Below are positions 28,701-37,317 of a DNA stretch of 64,000 bases, piece by piece. This stretch comes from Candidatus Wirthbacteria bacterium (GTDB lineage: Bacteria; Patescibacteriota; CG2-30-54-11), in NCBI GenBank assembly GCA_903889905.1, contig CAISZI010000047.1, positions 80,096 through 144,095 of the forward strand, in the 5' to 3' direction. The notes beneath the pieces are model-generated. The model had not been told where the DNA came from, did no database searches, and saw nothing but the letters and a program-made list of their open reading frames with translations. Within the stretch, counting starts at the first letter, position 1. The number at the start of each line of letters is the position of its first letter. The position numbers and the translations under genes are program-made.

Positions 28701-30137
28701 AAGGCCATCGAGTTTCGTCAGGCTACCAGCAGGAACAGGACCACTGTCATTGTTGTTGCCATCCACACCGCTTAACCCTCGTACCAAACCGGGGTTGCCA
28801 TTCACCGTAATGGTCGCACCATGGCCGCTGCCGTCCTGCGTCAGACTACTCCAGTTGTCGGTGACGGAGCCATCCAGGGGAAGCAGCAAAACGGTATAGT
28901 CGTCGTTACTCCAGGGGGCAAGCGCTGGCGTAAACGCCTGACTGTAACGCACGGTGCTCGAAAGCCGTGCTGCACTGAGATAACCGGCAAACCCGCTGTT
29001 GCTGCCATTCCCCGAAACATACAGCGTGGAAGAACTCGCTGGAATCGGTACCGTGGATGTCGCGGCACCGTCCTGGTTACCATTCAACCAGAGTTTGAGC
29101 TGGTTGGTGGAAGTGTGGCGATCAAAAGTCATGGCCACATGGGCAAACGTGTTTAAACTCAATGTTGCGCTCGACGTCGCAATCACCCAGCTGCTACCAT
29201 TCCAAAGCCCACCGGCAAGCTTACCCGTCGCGTTAATTTTGAGAAAATAATTGCCGTTGCGATGCAATAAATACTGATCTGCGGCCGGCATCATTTTGGG
29301 CGACACCCAGGCTTCCAGCGTCAGGTTGTCAGAGATATTGAACGATGTACTACTTGCAACGGCAAGCGCATCATCCGCGCCATTAAAACTCACCGCCGCA
29401 CTTTGCCCGGCAAATCGCCCGGTACCACTGCTAGCGGTCGGTGTGCTGCCATCGACGGCTGCCAGATCGCGGTGCAAATCCACCCCCAGTAACGTGGTGG
29501 CTGCGCCGACATTCAGTGCGTCTGTCGGAGCGGTTTGGGCGCTCGCCGCAGCATAGCCATGATAAAGATAAAACTGGGTATTGCTGCTACTGCCAGCCAA
29601 AGCAACAGGGAGCTGAAACGTGAGGCGCGTAGCCTTGGAATCATTACATCCACTCGCACCTGCGGCAATCGCCACGTCGACCGGCAATTCCTGATTGGCG
29701 CTACCGTTATAATAAACAAGGTGTGCATCGTAGCAATTGTTTAAAAAATTCCCGAGGTCCGCGCTATTCACTGTCACTGTCGATGGCGTCAATGCATCCA
29801 CCGTGTTACCACCCAAATTTTCTAGTTTCATTATTTCTCGGCTACTGTAGTGGCTATCCCACCAAGGAACTTTAAGCTCAGCCATCCCGCTTTGCACCTG
29901 CACGTGGTCAGCATCAAACTGATAATCCGACCCCATGCCAAAATCCCAAGTCTGACTGCCGGCATAGGCATGCAACCAGTTTTGGTAATACTGGATAACA
30001 AGTGCAGTGGTGACAAAAAAGAAAATCGAAACGGACGCGAGTAGCACCAATAAAGCAAAATACCGCGGTCGGGGGGCGGATGATTGCGGATTGTTTTGCG
30101 TTAATTTTTCGTAAACCGCCTTGATCGAATTCAGCAT
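25794..30137 (-). CDS. Large adhesin-like protein: TM/signal, DUF2341-like, two LamG/ConA-like, CBM-like, FN3 and a C-terminal WxL-like domain
   Basis: LTLEAWV...HVAMTFD...LWLNG; GSLSLWV...WYQVVANW...LYVNG; ISLSWTDN...YKIRAQN. C-terminal ~180 aa is homologous to the 384-aa protein. Confidence 0.85.
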   Translation of the reverse strand: MLNSIKAVYEKLTQNNPQSSAPRPRYFALLVLLASVSIFFFVTTALVIQYYQNWLHAYAGSQTWDFGMGSDYQFDADHVQVQSGMAELKVPWWDSHYSSREIMKLENLGGNTVDALTPSTVTVNSADLGNFLNNCYDAHLVYYNGSANQELPVDVAIAAGASGCNDSKATRLTFQLPVALAGSSSNTQFYLYHGYAAASAQTAPTDALNVGAATTLLGVDLHRDLAAVDGSTPTASSGTGRFAGQSAAVSFNGADDALAVASSTSFNISDNLTLEAWVSPKMMPAADQYLLHRNGNYFLKINATGKLAGGLWNGSSWVIATSSATLSLNTFAHVAMTFDRHTSTNQLKLWLNGNQDGAATSTVPIPASSSTLYVSGNGSNSGFAGYLSAARLSSTVRYSQAFTPALAPWSNDDYTVLLLPLDGSVTDNWSSLTQDGSGHGATITVNGNPGLVRGLSGVDGNNNDSGPVPAGSLTKLDGLVIERGTSNLVLNPSFEAGTYNSHWSSSGLSASNNSSVSFARFGAHSVKLDNTYLYADGTYTTALNPGASTVSLSAFVYNATSGSLGGTVTNSVAELYYDNATVTTIYQNLGGGWWRLAAENVSASLAVKDFGVAVKAGQHLYLDGFQVEANQASTSYCDGSLGTGYAWTGSANNSTSTRSDDVLHFLTTGHVQAAAGSLSLWVEPLWRGTDGVEHALFTLDTSVGQFKLFKSSAGQLTLNDGVHDATFDVSVWVPGKWYQVVANWGSGDMQLYVNGVAGAVSGGFNPPSLGSTIHVGADISDQNQADAVIAEVRIADAPFNSGQIAALVNAKNISRSEFVPTISNATYRPIFTKLVGFDEVTGGGHNGLLTYQLSNDGGSTWYMHQGNAWVVAPNGLIGNDASTVNSNVSSFVSEVGSGAFAFRTYFTGPSPQLSSITLDYQNAPAAPTTLYVDNTSAQTGRANPISLTSSTPAFSAVYQDADSGDTATKAEIQVSTDNSFGSITHWDSGASGTAIASVNIGSRNSNLVYGSFGSTPLQSLTTNDGNVTYYYRLRFWDAEGNTGVWSSPAAFGMQDSPAAPSLLVATSITPTAISLSWTDNASGQSQEDSFDLQHSTDGSMFTQLNAPAANVTTFAHTSLLPNTFHVYKIRAQNGAGNSAYSSVLSRYTAANTPGAPILSNGDYTKMHVILDNGSNPASVLLAVAISSDNFVHDTRYVQANLTLATTLHAADWKSYADFGSEGGILLSGLSGGETYTVKVKARNTDELETPFSNNAQLTTWIQPSLSLVLEGTNRGEIDLSGQNGLVAITQVLPNVPKTAVEKVSIVSNAQSGYSVYISASQKMALQTNSSVVVDFVKNGTVGTNAAPVAWASPLGTTVGEDTAFVGYHTSDGSLGTGTHNRFANPDTWAGFDDLKQFYEVLYNGTASSGEIEGKDFAYLTFKFESNNLQPSGNYTDLQLNYKVVPIF

Positions 30138-31108
30138 CAGGGCCCTCCGGCGTGTTGTTGCTCAAACACGGCCCGCGCCTTGGCGTCTTCAAACACCAGC
30201 ATGGCTCCCACCGGACGGCTGGCTTTGCCTACGATCGGCTGAATGCTGAGCCGCACTGCAAACGGCAGGGTTTGCGGCGTGGCAAAATGCACCATCAATT
30301 GACTCACACTGCGACTGCGATAAAGCACACCCAGCAGCAGGCCTTCTCCGACTTCAACGTCCGCGTGACGACTGTCGGTAATCGTCAGTATATCGGTGAT
30401 CACCTGACCTTTGACCTCGACCTCACGCAGGCCTGTCATGGTGGCAGCGGCTTTGGAAAATTCTTCAATCCGTAATTCCATGTCCACAAAGCACACCCCT
30501 GCACTGATGGCGTCAATCAGCGCTTCATCGCCCTCTTCTACGGTCTGCAGTAATTGTTGTGTCAGATACAGCTCGCCAAGTTCCTTTTCCGCCAGCTGGT
30601 AACGGTATCCCAGAAAAAGTGAAAGGGGTGCGAACGCCAGCAGAGAGCCTAAACGCGTCAAAGTGAAATACATTTGCTCCCAGGTGATGACACTCATCCC
30701 GTGCTCGAACCAGACCAGCGCGACCAGCATTAACCCCAGTTCTGCCAGTGACACCTCGAGCCGCAGCGCAAAGCTGCCGAGTAACAGCGCGATCAGCAGC
30801 AGAAAAAAATACGCCGATCCAGTCCCACCGGTTAGTTCCACCCAAAGCAAACTAACCATCCAGATCAACCAGACATTAAGATAACGATAGAGCGTCCGCG
30901 AGAGGATTTCGGCACGCAGTCCGATCATGAGGTTAAACATGACAAACAACCCAATCAGACTGATTATCAAATAGTGCTGCCACCCGCTAGGCAGGAACGC
31001 AAGTGGCAGCACCAGTGATAACAAAAGTATTTGGCCAAGCCCAACCAGCGCGCGACTTCCCAGCGTTTTTGTTTTCCATTGTTGCAGTTGTTGTACATAC
31101 AGCACCAT
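30137..31108 (-). CDS. Membrane protein (~6 TM) with a C-terminal PAS domain and no output domain
   Basis: LTGGTGS in the TM region; IDAISAGVCFVD...SKAAATMTG...EVKGQ...GAMLVFED. TGATG coupling to the adhesin. Confidence 0.8.
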   Translation of the reverse strand: MVLYVQQLQQWKTKTLGSRALVGLGQILLLSLVLPLAFLPSGWQHYLIISLIGLFVMFNLMIGLRAEILSRTLYRYLNVWLIWMVSLLWVELTGGTGSAYFFLLLIALLLGSFALRLEVSLAELGLMLVALVWFEHGMSVITWEQMYFTLTRLGSLLAFAPLSLFLGYRYQLAEKELGELYLTQQLLQTVEEGDEALIDAISAGVCFVDMELRIEEFSKAAATMTGLREVEVKGQVITDILTITDSRHADVEVGEGLLLGVLYRSRSVSQLMVHFATPQTLPFAVRLSIQPIVGKASRPVGAMLVFEDAKARAVFEQQHAGGP

Positions 31109-31120
31109 GGCTTGGCCTTT

Positions 31121-32404
31121 TTATTTTTTCCGCAGACGAAAATTACTTTTGGCAATTTTAACCGTGGCTGGCGCTGCTTGCTTTTCCCAGGGGAATTTCT
31201 CCCAGTCACTGCGTATCATGGAGACCTCCACCGGATGAGTGAGCGCCTCCCCGCGCTGCATCACGACGTGCTGAAGTGCGGAAACTTGTTGGACGACCGG
31301 TGCCACCTGCTTACGATCACCCGGCCAGGCAACGGGTTCAAAGGTGAATTTAGAATGCTGTTTCGTCATTTTTGTGGCAAACAAATGGGTGCGCTGTTTG
31401 ATGGACTTCAACCAACGGAGAGGAATCCCCCTCTGCCACTGACGGCGTTGTTGTTTTTCTTTTTTGGCGTCATCATCCTTACCCAGCAGCGCCATCAGCC
31501 ACCGGCCCAGGTAAATCAGATTAACCAGCGTTTGCATGGTCATCGAGAGCAGCATCACCAACAGCAAAAACAGTATAAACTTGCCGATACCCGTATTAAA
31601 AAAAGCACTTAACGCGTCTGCCGACAGCATGCCCGGCAAATAGCCATAAGCCCCATCAAGGCTGCTGGCCTGCGTTACCGTTAAAATGGCATCTGTACTT
31701 TTCAAACTACTTACGCCGCTGCGTTTGGCTGTCGCCACAATAAAATATTTGCCAGCGGCAATCCCGCTGACGAAATCATATTGCGCCAAACCATACGAAT
31801 CAGTCGTAGCGGTATAAGTCTGCGTGTCACCCTTGTCGCTGCGCATGCCAAATTCCACGCTGCAACTGAGGCAGGCATAGCCAAGCAAACTGACCGCCTC
31901 ATTGCTTTTGACGCTTTTTTTGCTTAAATCCACCAGCGGCGGCAGCACTAAATTCTTGGTCGCGTCGATCTGATAGGCCGAAGGTTTGAAGACAAATGGC
32001 AGATGCGCGCTTTCCAGGCCTTTGTAACTGCTATAAAGGCTGAAATGCTCTTCCATGTCTTTTTTGCGATCCAGCACAAACGGTAGGTTGAAAGTACCAT
32101 CCGTACCGACTTCCTGCTGGATATAGATGCGTTTCGCTGTTTCGTCGTACAAAATAGCTTTGGCATAAGGCACGGTAAAACCGCTGAACTCCACCTGTAC
32201 AAACAAATCCGTGGGTGTCACCACCTGCGCCGACATCTGCACCTGCGCTTCGTCCGCGCGCAGACTGGCTGTTGGTAAAATCATACCAAACACAAAAAAC
32301 CCAAGCAGAATCAGCTGCCTGGGATGCCGCAGTAACCACAACGGAAGATCGATAAAAAATTTTAGCTCACGCTGACGCGTAGCTCTCCTGCCAGGAGTAC
32401 GCAT
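31121..32404 (-). CDS. Bitopic surface protein with two Ig-like domains, a TM and a basic cytoplasmic tail
   Basis: Signal/TM; VEFSGFTVPYA...DGTF; TATTDSYG...GKYFIVATA; second TM near residue 280. Confidence 0.75.
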   Translation of the reverse strand: MRTPGRRATRQRELKFFIDLPLWLLRHPRQLILLGFFVFGMILPTASLRADEAQVQMSAQVVTPTDLFVQVEFSGFTVPYAKAILYDETAKRIYIQQEVGTDGTFNLPFVLDRKKDMEEHFSLYSSYKGLESAHLPFVFKPSAYQIDATKNLVLPPLVDLSKKSVKSNEAVSLLGYACLSCSVEFGMRSDKGDTQTYTATTDSYGLAQYDFVSGIAAGKYFIVATAKRSGVSSLKSTDAILTVTQASSLDGAYGYLPGMLSADALSAFFNTGIGKFILFLLLVMLLSMTMQTLVNLIYLGRWLMALLGKDDDAKKEKQQRRQWQRGIPLRWLKSIKQRTHLFATKMTKQHSKFTFEPVAWPGDRKQVAPVVQQVSALQHVVMQRGEALTHPVEVSMIRSDWEKFPWEKQAAPATVKIAKSNFRLRKK

Positions 32405-32449
32405 GTCGAGTTTGTCTTTTTGATATTTGTTTTTGACGGACGAACAGGG

Positions 32450-33388
32450 TTATTTTTTGCGGACAACCAGGAAAATGCCGACGCCAATCAGGAGCACGCC
32501 GGCGATCACTACGCTGTAAACCAGGATGTCATTGTTTTTGCTGTTCACCACCGTGGCGGTATTTTTGACCGTCACGCTTTGCGCTGAACTGCTCTGCAGT
32601 GTCGATTTGTCCAAGGGCTGGCTCGCAGTCAGGATTTTATTGTCATGACCATAGGCGAGCGAGACGCGGGCGGTATAGGCTTTGGTTTCAAAATCCAAAG
32701 CGTCGATCGCGATGGTTACCCGGCGATCTTTGCCAGGGAAAACATTGACGCTGTCCACGCTGTAGGTTTCGGCGACCGAGCCGTTCAACATCAAATCGAT
32801 TTTGCCGGAAACCGTGGTGTGCACATTGCCGGGGTTATGTAAAACCAAAGTAATGTCTTTGGTTGTTGGCACAATCTGGCTGAGTTCCATTTTTTCGGTT
32901 GGGCTGCCAATGACCACAGAATAGAGCGTCTGCAGTTGTTGCTTAGTCTGGTTGGAGCCACCGCTCTGCTGGCCGGAAATCGTGGTGATCGCCGTCACAT
33001 AATAACCTTGCGCGGTCGTATTTTTGGGAACTGTCACCGTGACTTTGACATCTTTGGAAGCAGCTTTGGCCAAGGTGAACGCCGCGCTGTCAGTACCAAA
33101 CCAAGCCGCTGGATTGGCGGTCGTGGGAGTGGTGAGTTCGGTTGGTGAACCACTGTCATCGACGGTAAATTCCTTGAACGTGACCGTAAAATCCTTAATC
33201 TCGGCGGTGTTGTTCTGAATTTTCAAAATCAAACTTTTGATATCTCCGGCGTTGGCTGTAACCGTTTCCTTGATGGGATCGATCAAAATCGCTTCCGCTG
33301 CAGCCCTTGCCCCGCTCACGACACTCCCCATGGCCACGAACATCGCCACTGCGGTTAGGCCAAGGCTGAGAGGTTTACTCAATTTCAT
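32450..33388 (-). CDS. DUF916/DUF3324-like (WxL-interacting or chaperone-like) protein with a C-terminal TM anchor
   Basis: Signal peptide; IDP...KIQNNT...AAWF...VKVTVTVPKN..AQGYY; LHNPGNVH...NVFPGKDR...YTARVSLAYG; TM followed by RKK. Confidence 0.7.
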   Translation of the reverse strand: MKLSKPLSLGLTAVAMFVAMGSVVSGARAAAEAILIDPIKETVTANAGDIKSLILKIQNNTAEIKDFTVTFKEFTVDDSGSPTELTTPTTANPAAWFGTDSAAFTLAKAASKDVKVTVTVPKNTTAQGYYVTAITTISGQQSGGSNQTKQQLQTLYSVVIGSPTEKMELSQIVPTTKDITLVLHNPGNVHTTVSGKIDLMLNGSVAETYSVDSVNVFPGKDRRVTIAIDALDFETKAYTARVSLAYGHDNKILTASQPLDKSTLQSSSAQSVTVKNTATVVNSKNNDILVYSVVIAGVLLIGVGIFLVVRKK

Positions 33389-33442
33389 TTTTGTCTCCAG
33401 GTAGGTGAGATTTGTTTTGGGTGCTGCAGTGCGTCGCCAGGA

Positions 33443-34597
33443 CTAAAAGATTGGCTTGGCGATAAAGGTAATTGTATTGGCATAGTTACCCGAAGGCTGC
33501 AGGTTGTTCGTTTCCAGTTTGAATGTTACATCAGCGCGATCTTGACCGTCAACATCACTCTGTGTGGCATGACCATGATAAAGCACTTCAGATGAAGTAG
33601 CCGTGAGTCCTGCCCAGGTATCCGCATCGGTAAAACGGTCAGCCGTGCCCACACCCAATGTCGCGTCGCTGGTGTGGTAACCAAGGAACCCGGTATCCAC
33701 CCCGATCGTTGTCCCGGCAGGAATCGCCCAGGCAACAGGAGCGGCATTGGTGCCAACCAGAGTGTTTTTGATCGGGTCAATATCAATTGTCGCGTCAGCA
33801 CTGTGCTGCATGTTGTGATCCTGTTTGACGTAAACCGTGAAACCCTGCTTGGCGTCAGTATTGACCTTGAGGCGCATAACAGCGGTTTTGGCAACACCAG
33901 GGGTCACTTCGCGCCATTCAATGAAGTTGGGGCCAATAGTGCCACCCGCAGGAGCGGTCTGCCCAGCCACGGAAAAAGTCATCTGGGGTTTCTGTGAACC
34001 ATAAATGTCAACATGTTCGATGGTGGCGACCAGAATATCAATCGTATCAATGGTGGCACTAGTGCCATCCTGGGAGGTCACATCAACATTCCAAATATCC
34101 GCCGTGCCGGTTGCGGCGACTTTGGCCGGGTTCAAGATCTGATGCGTGCCACCCGCATTGGTTCCAATCTCAATCGTGATAGCTGACGCTGCAATCACCG
34201 TATCTGTGTCATTATTGGTCAGGGTGATGCTGCCGCTTGTGCCAGAAACAATATCCACGCCCCAGGCTGAATCCGCGCCGGTGCCTGGAGTTGCTGCCAG
34301 AGTTTGTGCCGTGACACCGAGTTTCAGACTGATGTCGCCAAACACCAATCCAGCAGGAATGCTGAATTTGGTGGCTTCCGGTGTAATCACCAATTTCCCG
34401 TTTACCGGGATTGTCTGTACCGTCGTGAATTTTAGTGTCCAGTCTGACGCTGTCGACGGATTGGAATCACTGAGCTCGAGGGAAGCCGCGTTGAACTGAT
34501 ACTGCACCGCGTGGGCAATGTTGGTAAATGGGATCATTGCCAGCACGAGGGTGCAGGTCATGGCCCAAGATAGCCATTTTTTGTTTTGCAGGTTCAT
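33443..34597 (-). CDS. Secreted two-domain protein with a C-terminal WxL-like domain (candidate major subunit)
   Basis: Signal peptide (AHA); LSDSNP N-domain; VNTDAKQGFTVYV...GYHTSD...QPSGNYANTITFIAKPIF. Strong SD aaggaga. Confidence 0.75.
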   Translation of the reverse strand: MNLQNKKWLSWAMTCTLVLAMIPFTNIAHAVQYQFNAASLELSDSNPSTASDWTLKFTTVQTIPVNGKLVITPEATKFSIPAGLVFGDISLKLGVTAQTLAATPGTGADSAWGVDIVSGTSGSITLTNNDTDTVIAASAITIEIGTNAGGTHQILNPAKVAATGTADIWNVDVTSQDGTSATIDTIDILVATIEHVDIYGSQKPQMTFSVAGQTAPAGGTIGPNFIEWREVTPGVAKTAVMRLKVNTDAKQGFTVYVKQDHNMQHSADATIDIDPIKNTLVGTNAAPVAWAIPAGTTIGVDTGFLGYHTSDATLGVGTADRFTDADTWAGLTATSSEVLYHGHATQSDVDGQDRADVTFKLETNNLQPSGNYANTITFIAKPIF

Positions 34598-34820
34598 TTA
34601 ATTTCTCCTTTTTTGTAGGTCTTTTTACAGTTATGTTTTTAAAAATGTATATAAAAATTTGGCTATCAACCGTTGATTTAGTTTACCCAAATCAAATTAT
34701 TATACGCCTTATTCAGGAAATCTGTCTAGTATGCTAACAATACTGCCACTGGTAAGCAAGTTTTGTTATAATGATCGCGCTTTATCAACCATCCATTTTC
34801 TCATGCACGGGACGATGCTT

Positions 34821-35816
34821 ATGAACTGGAACCTGCTTGCGTTGGTGGCCGTCACTTTTGTCGGGACGCTGGTGTTGACACCGGTGGCCGGAGCAATCGC
34901 CAACCGCCTCAACATTGTCGATCGACCCGGAGGGCGGCATCAGCATGCCCGCGTGATACCAAAACTCGGCGGACTCTCCATCTACATAAGCCTGTCTGTG
35001 GTGGCGCTGCTGTCGCTGGGCCGTTCAACCAGACTGCTCGAGATCCTGGGCGTTGGTTTTATTTTTCTGCTGATCGGCATCATTGACGACGCGTTCCATC
35101 TCACACCCTGGACCAAACTGTTTGGCCAGCTTGCCGGCGCAATCGTGCTGGTTATGTGTGGCGTCACCATCAGTTCTTTTGGCAACCCACTGACAACCCA
35201 ACTTTATTCCCTGGGTGGGTTGGCGATGCTGGTGACTGTCCTCTGGATTGTCTCAACCGTCAATATCGTCAATCTTACCGACGGAATTGATGGACTGGTC
35301 AGCGGACTCACCATTATCAGCGGGATTGTTCTGGCAATCTTGAGTTTCAAAACCGGCCATCCCAATACCGGCAAACTGACCTTGATTTTTGTGGGCGCCG
35401 TGGCGGGTTTCTGGGTTTATAACTTTTATCCGGCCAAAATTTTTCTCGGGGATAGTGGCAGTATGCTGATCGGTTTTATGCTGGCAGTGCTGGGGTTCCA
35501 AGGTGGTGCCAAAATCGCCACCGCTTTCCTGGTACTGGGCGTTCCCATTCTGGACGCAGGTTTGATTGTTGCCTATCGTTTCCTCTCGCACCGCCCGATC
35601 TATCAGGGCGACCGCAACCATTTGCATTTTCGGCTGCTCGATAGCGGCATGAGTCAAATCAAAGTTTGCCTGCTACTCTATGGCGTGAGTGCCATCTTAG
35701 GCGCGATTGCACTGCTGGTACCAGGCAAACAAAAAATGCTCACCCTGGCATTGTTTGCCATCACATTTGTGATTGGGTGGGCACTTTTGTGGCGTTACGA
35801 AAAGCGCCTGAAGTAA
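34821..35816 (+). CDS. WecA/TagO-like polyprenyl-phosphate GlcNAc-1-phosphate transferase (MraY family)
   Basis: DRPGGRHQH...PKLGG, GIIDD, NLTDGIDGL, NFYPAKIFLGDSGS and DRNHLH. Exact start uncertain. Confidence 0.92.
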   Translation: MNWNLLALVAVTFVGTLVLTPVAGAIANRLNIVDRPGGRHQHARVIPKLGGLSIYISLSVVALLSLGRSTRLLEILGVGFIFLLIGIIDDAFHLTPWTKLFGQLAGAIVLVMCGVTISSFGNPLTTQLYSLGGLAMLVTVLWIVSTVNIVNLTDGIDGLVSGLTIISGIVLAILSFKTGHPNTGKLTLIFVGAVAGFWVYNFYPAKIFLGDSGSMLIGFMLAVLGFQGGAKIATAFLVLGVPILDAGLIVAYRFLSHRPIYQGDRNHLHFRLLDSGMSQIKVCLLLYGVSAILGAIALLVPGKQKMLTLALFAITFVIGWALLWRYEKRLK

Positions 35817-35834
35817 TTGACGGGCCAATAACGC

Positions 35835-37235
35835 TTAAACATTGGCAGCAGCTGGTTGGGCAGGCGCGGCAATGGACAGTGGCGGCGCAGCAACCGGGGA
35901 TGATTTGGGCATCGCCTTGGAAGCATCAATACCTTTGACTGTGGGCACGCTGGCGCTGGTGTCCGCGTCGCTTTGGACTTTTTCGGTTTCCTGCATCAGC
36001 TTGCCAATGCGATCAATAATCTGTTCTGGCGTAAGCGGTTCGGGTGGTGTCGCTGACGGCTTGGTTTCCTTGGCTGGCGCGGTGATCTGGAAGCTCGCAT
36101 TCGTAAGATGTTCACGGATTTTGGTGAGCACTGATTGGGAGGCTTCATCCAGGCTAAGGCCCGTTAAAGTGAACCCGGCGGCTGGATCATGTCCGCCACC
36201 ACCAAAGAGAGCGGCGATCTTGGAGGCACTGAATTTGGGGGAAGTACGGATGCTGCCGCGCACCTGTTTCTGGCCGTCTTCGTAGAGTACCATGGCGACT
36301 TTGGTGTCAGGGACATGGGCAATCAAATCATTGAGTGCGACCGAGGCGTCGTCTTCATCGGCCTTGGTTTCTTTGAAATCCTGCTGGCTGACTGTAGCCC
36401 AGACAATGCCATGTTCGCTGTCCTGCTTAATCTTGGAGAGAATGCGGCCCCACAATTTGAGCGTCGCCACGGATTTGCGGCGATAGATATTTTCGATCAC
36501 CAGCTGCAGGTCACCACCGGCTTCCATGAGGCGCGCGGCTGTGGCAAAGGAATCGGCTGTGGTCGAAATATGCTGAAAACTGCCCGTGTCAGTGACAATG
36601 GCTGTCAGCAGCGCAGTTGCCGTGGAGGCTTCGAGGGCATATTGCAAATATTTGGCAAACTGGTAAACGATTTCACCCGTGGAAGGCGATTTGCTATCCA
36701 CCAGATTGAGCTTGCCCGGTACGGAGTTGCTGACGTGGTGGTCAATATTGAGAATGTCCGTGGATTCAAAAAACTGCTGGTTTTTGGCATACAAATCGCC
36801 AAGCAGGGATAAATCCGGGGTGTCGAGCATGATGATCAGGTCGTAATTTGGTTTACCATAATCCAGCGACACTTCCTCAAAATCGAACTCGCCGCTAACA
36901 GGGGTAACGACCAGGTTAAGCACGTCGTCAATGATGTTGTAGCTGACCTTGTCCACGGTCGTTTTTTGACAATTGATGCGGACAATCAGATCGAGTGAAT
37001 CAAACTTGGGCTTGATGCCCACGCTGCCGCCAATAAAATCAAACTTGGCCGGGACGGGATCGCTGCAGAACATATCAAGCTGTTTGCCGCGGCTTTGCAG
37101 GATATTGCGCAAGGCCACCATGCTGCCGATCGCATCGCCATCCGGGCGACGGTGGGTGATCATCAGGATTTTTGCTTTGGTATTAATGAGCTCATCCACA
37201 CTCTTGAATTCGGCAGACGTCAGACTGGAAGCCAT
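35835..37235 (-). CDS. DHH/DHHA1 phosphoesterase (NrnA-like)
   Basis: THRRPDGDAIGS, NIDHH, TDTGSF and GGGGHDPAAG. SD aggggg before ATG 37235. Confidence 0.92.
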   Translation of the reverse strand: MASSLTSAEFKSVDELINTKAKILMITHRRPDGDAIGSMVALRNILQSRGKQLDMFCSDPVPAKFDFIGGSVGIKPKFDSLDLIVRINCQKTTVDKVSYNIIDDVLNLVVTPVSGEFDFEEVSLDYGKPNYDLIIMLDTPDLSLLGDLYAKNQQFFESTDILNIDHHVSNSVPGKLNLVDSKSPSTGEIVYQFAKYLQYALEASTATALLTAIVTDTGSFQHISTTADSFATAARLMEAGGDLQLVIENIYRRKSVATLKLWGRILSKIKQDSEHGIVWATVSQQDFKETKADEDDASVALNDLIAHVPDTKVAMVLYEDGQKQVRGSIRTSPKFSASKIAALFGGGGHDPAAGFTLTGLSLDEASQSVLTKIREHLTNASFQITAPAKETKPSATPPEPLTPEQIIDRIGKLMQETEKVQSDADTSASVPTVKGIDASKAMPKSSPVAAPPLSIAAPAQPAAANV

Positions 37236-37279
37236 AAAACCCCCTGTATCATTAGACCGGATGAAATAGTACCGACAGA

Positions 37280-37305
37280 TCGGGCCCGCTGCGCCGCGGG
37301 CCCGA
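37280..37305 (-). terminator. GC-rich hairpin after the giant adhesin (terminator or 3' stabiliser)
   Basis: tcgggcccgc-6 nt-gcgggcccga 10-bp stem; the U-tract is weak. Confidence 0.5.
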
Positions 37306-37317
37306 CCAGCCTGAAAT

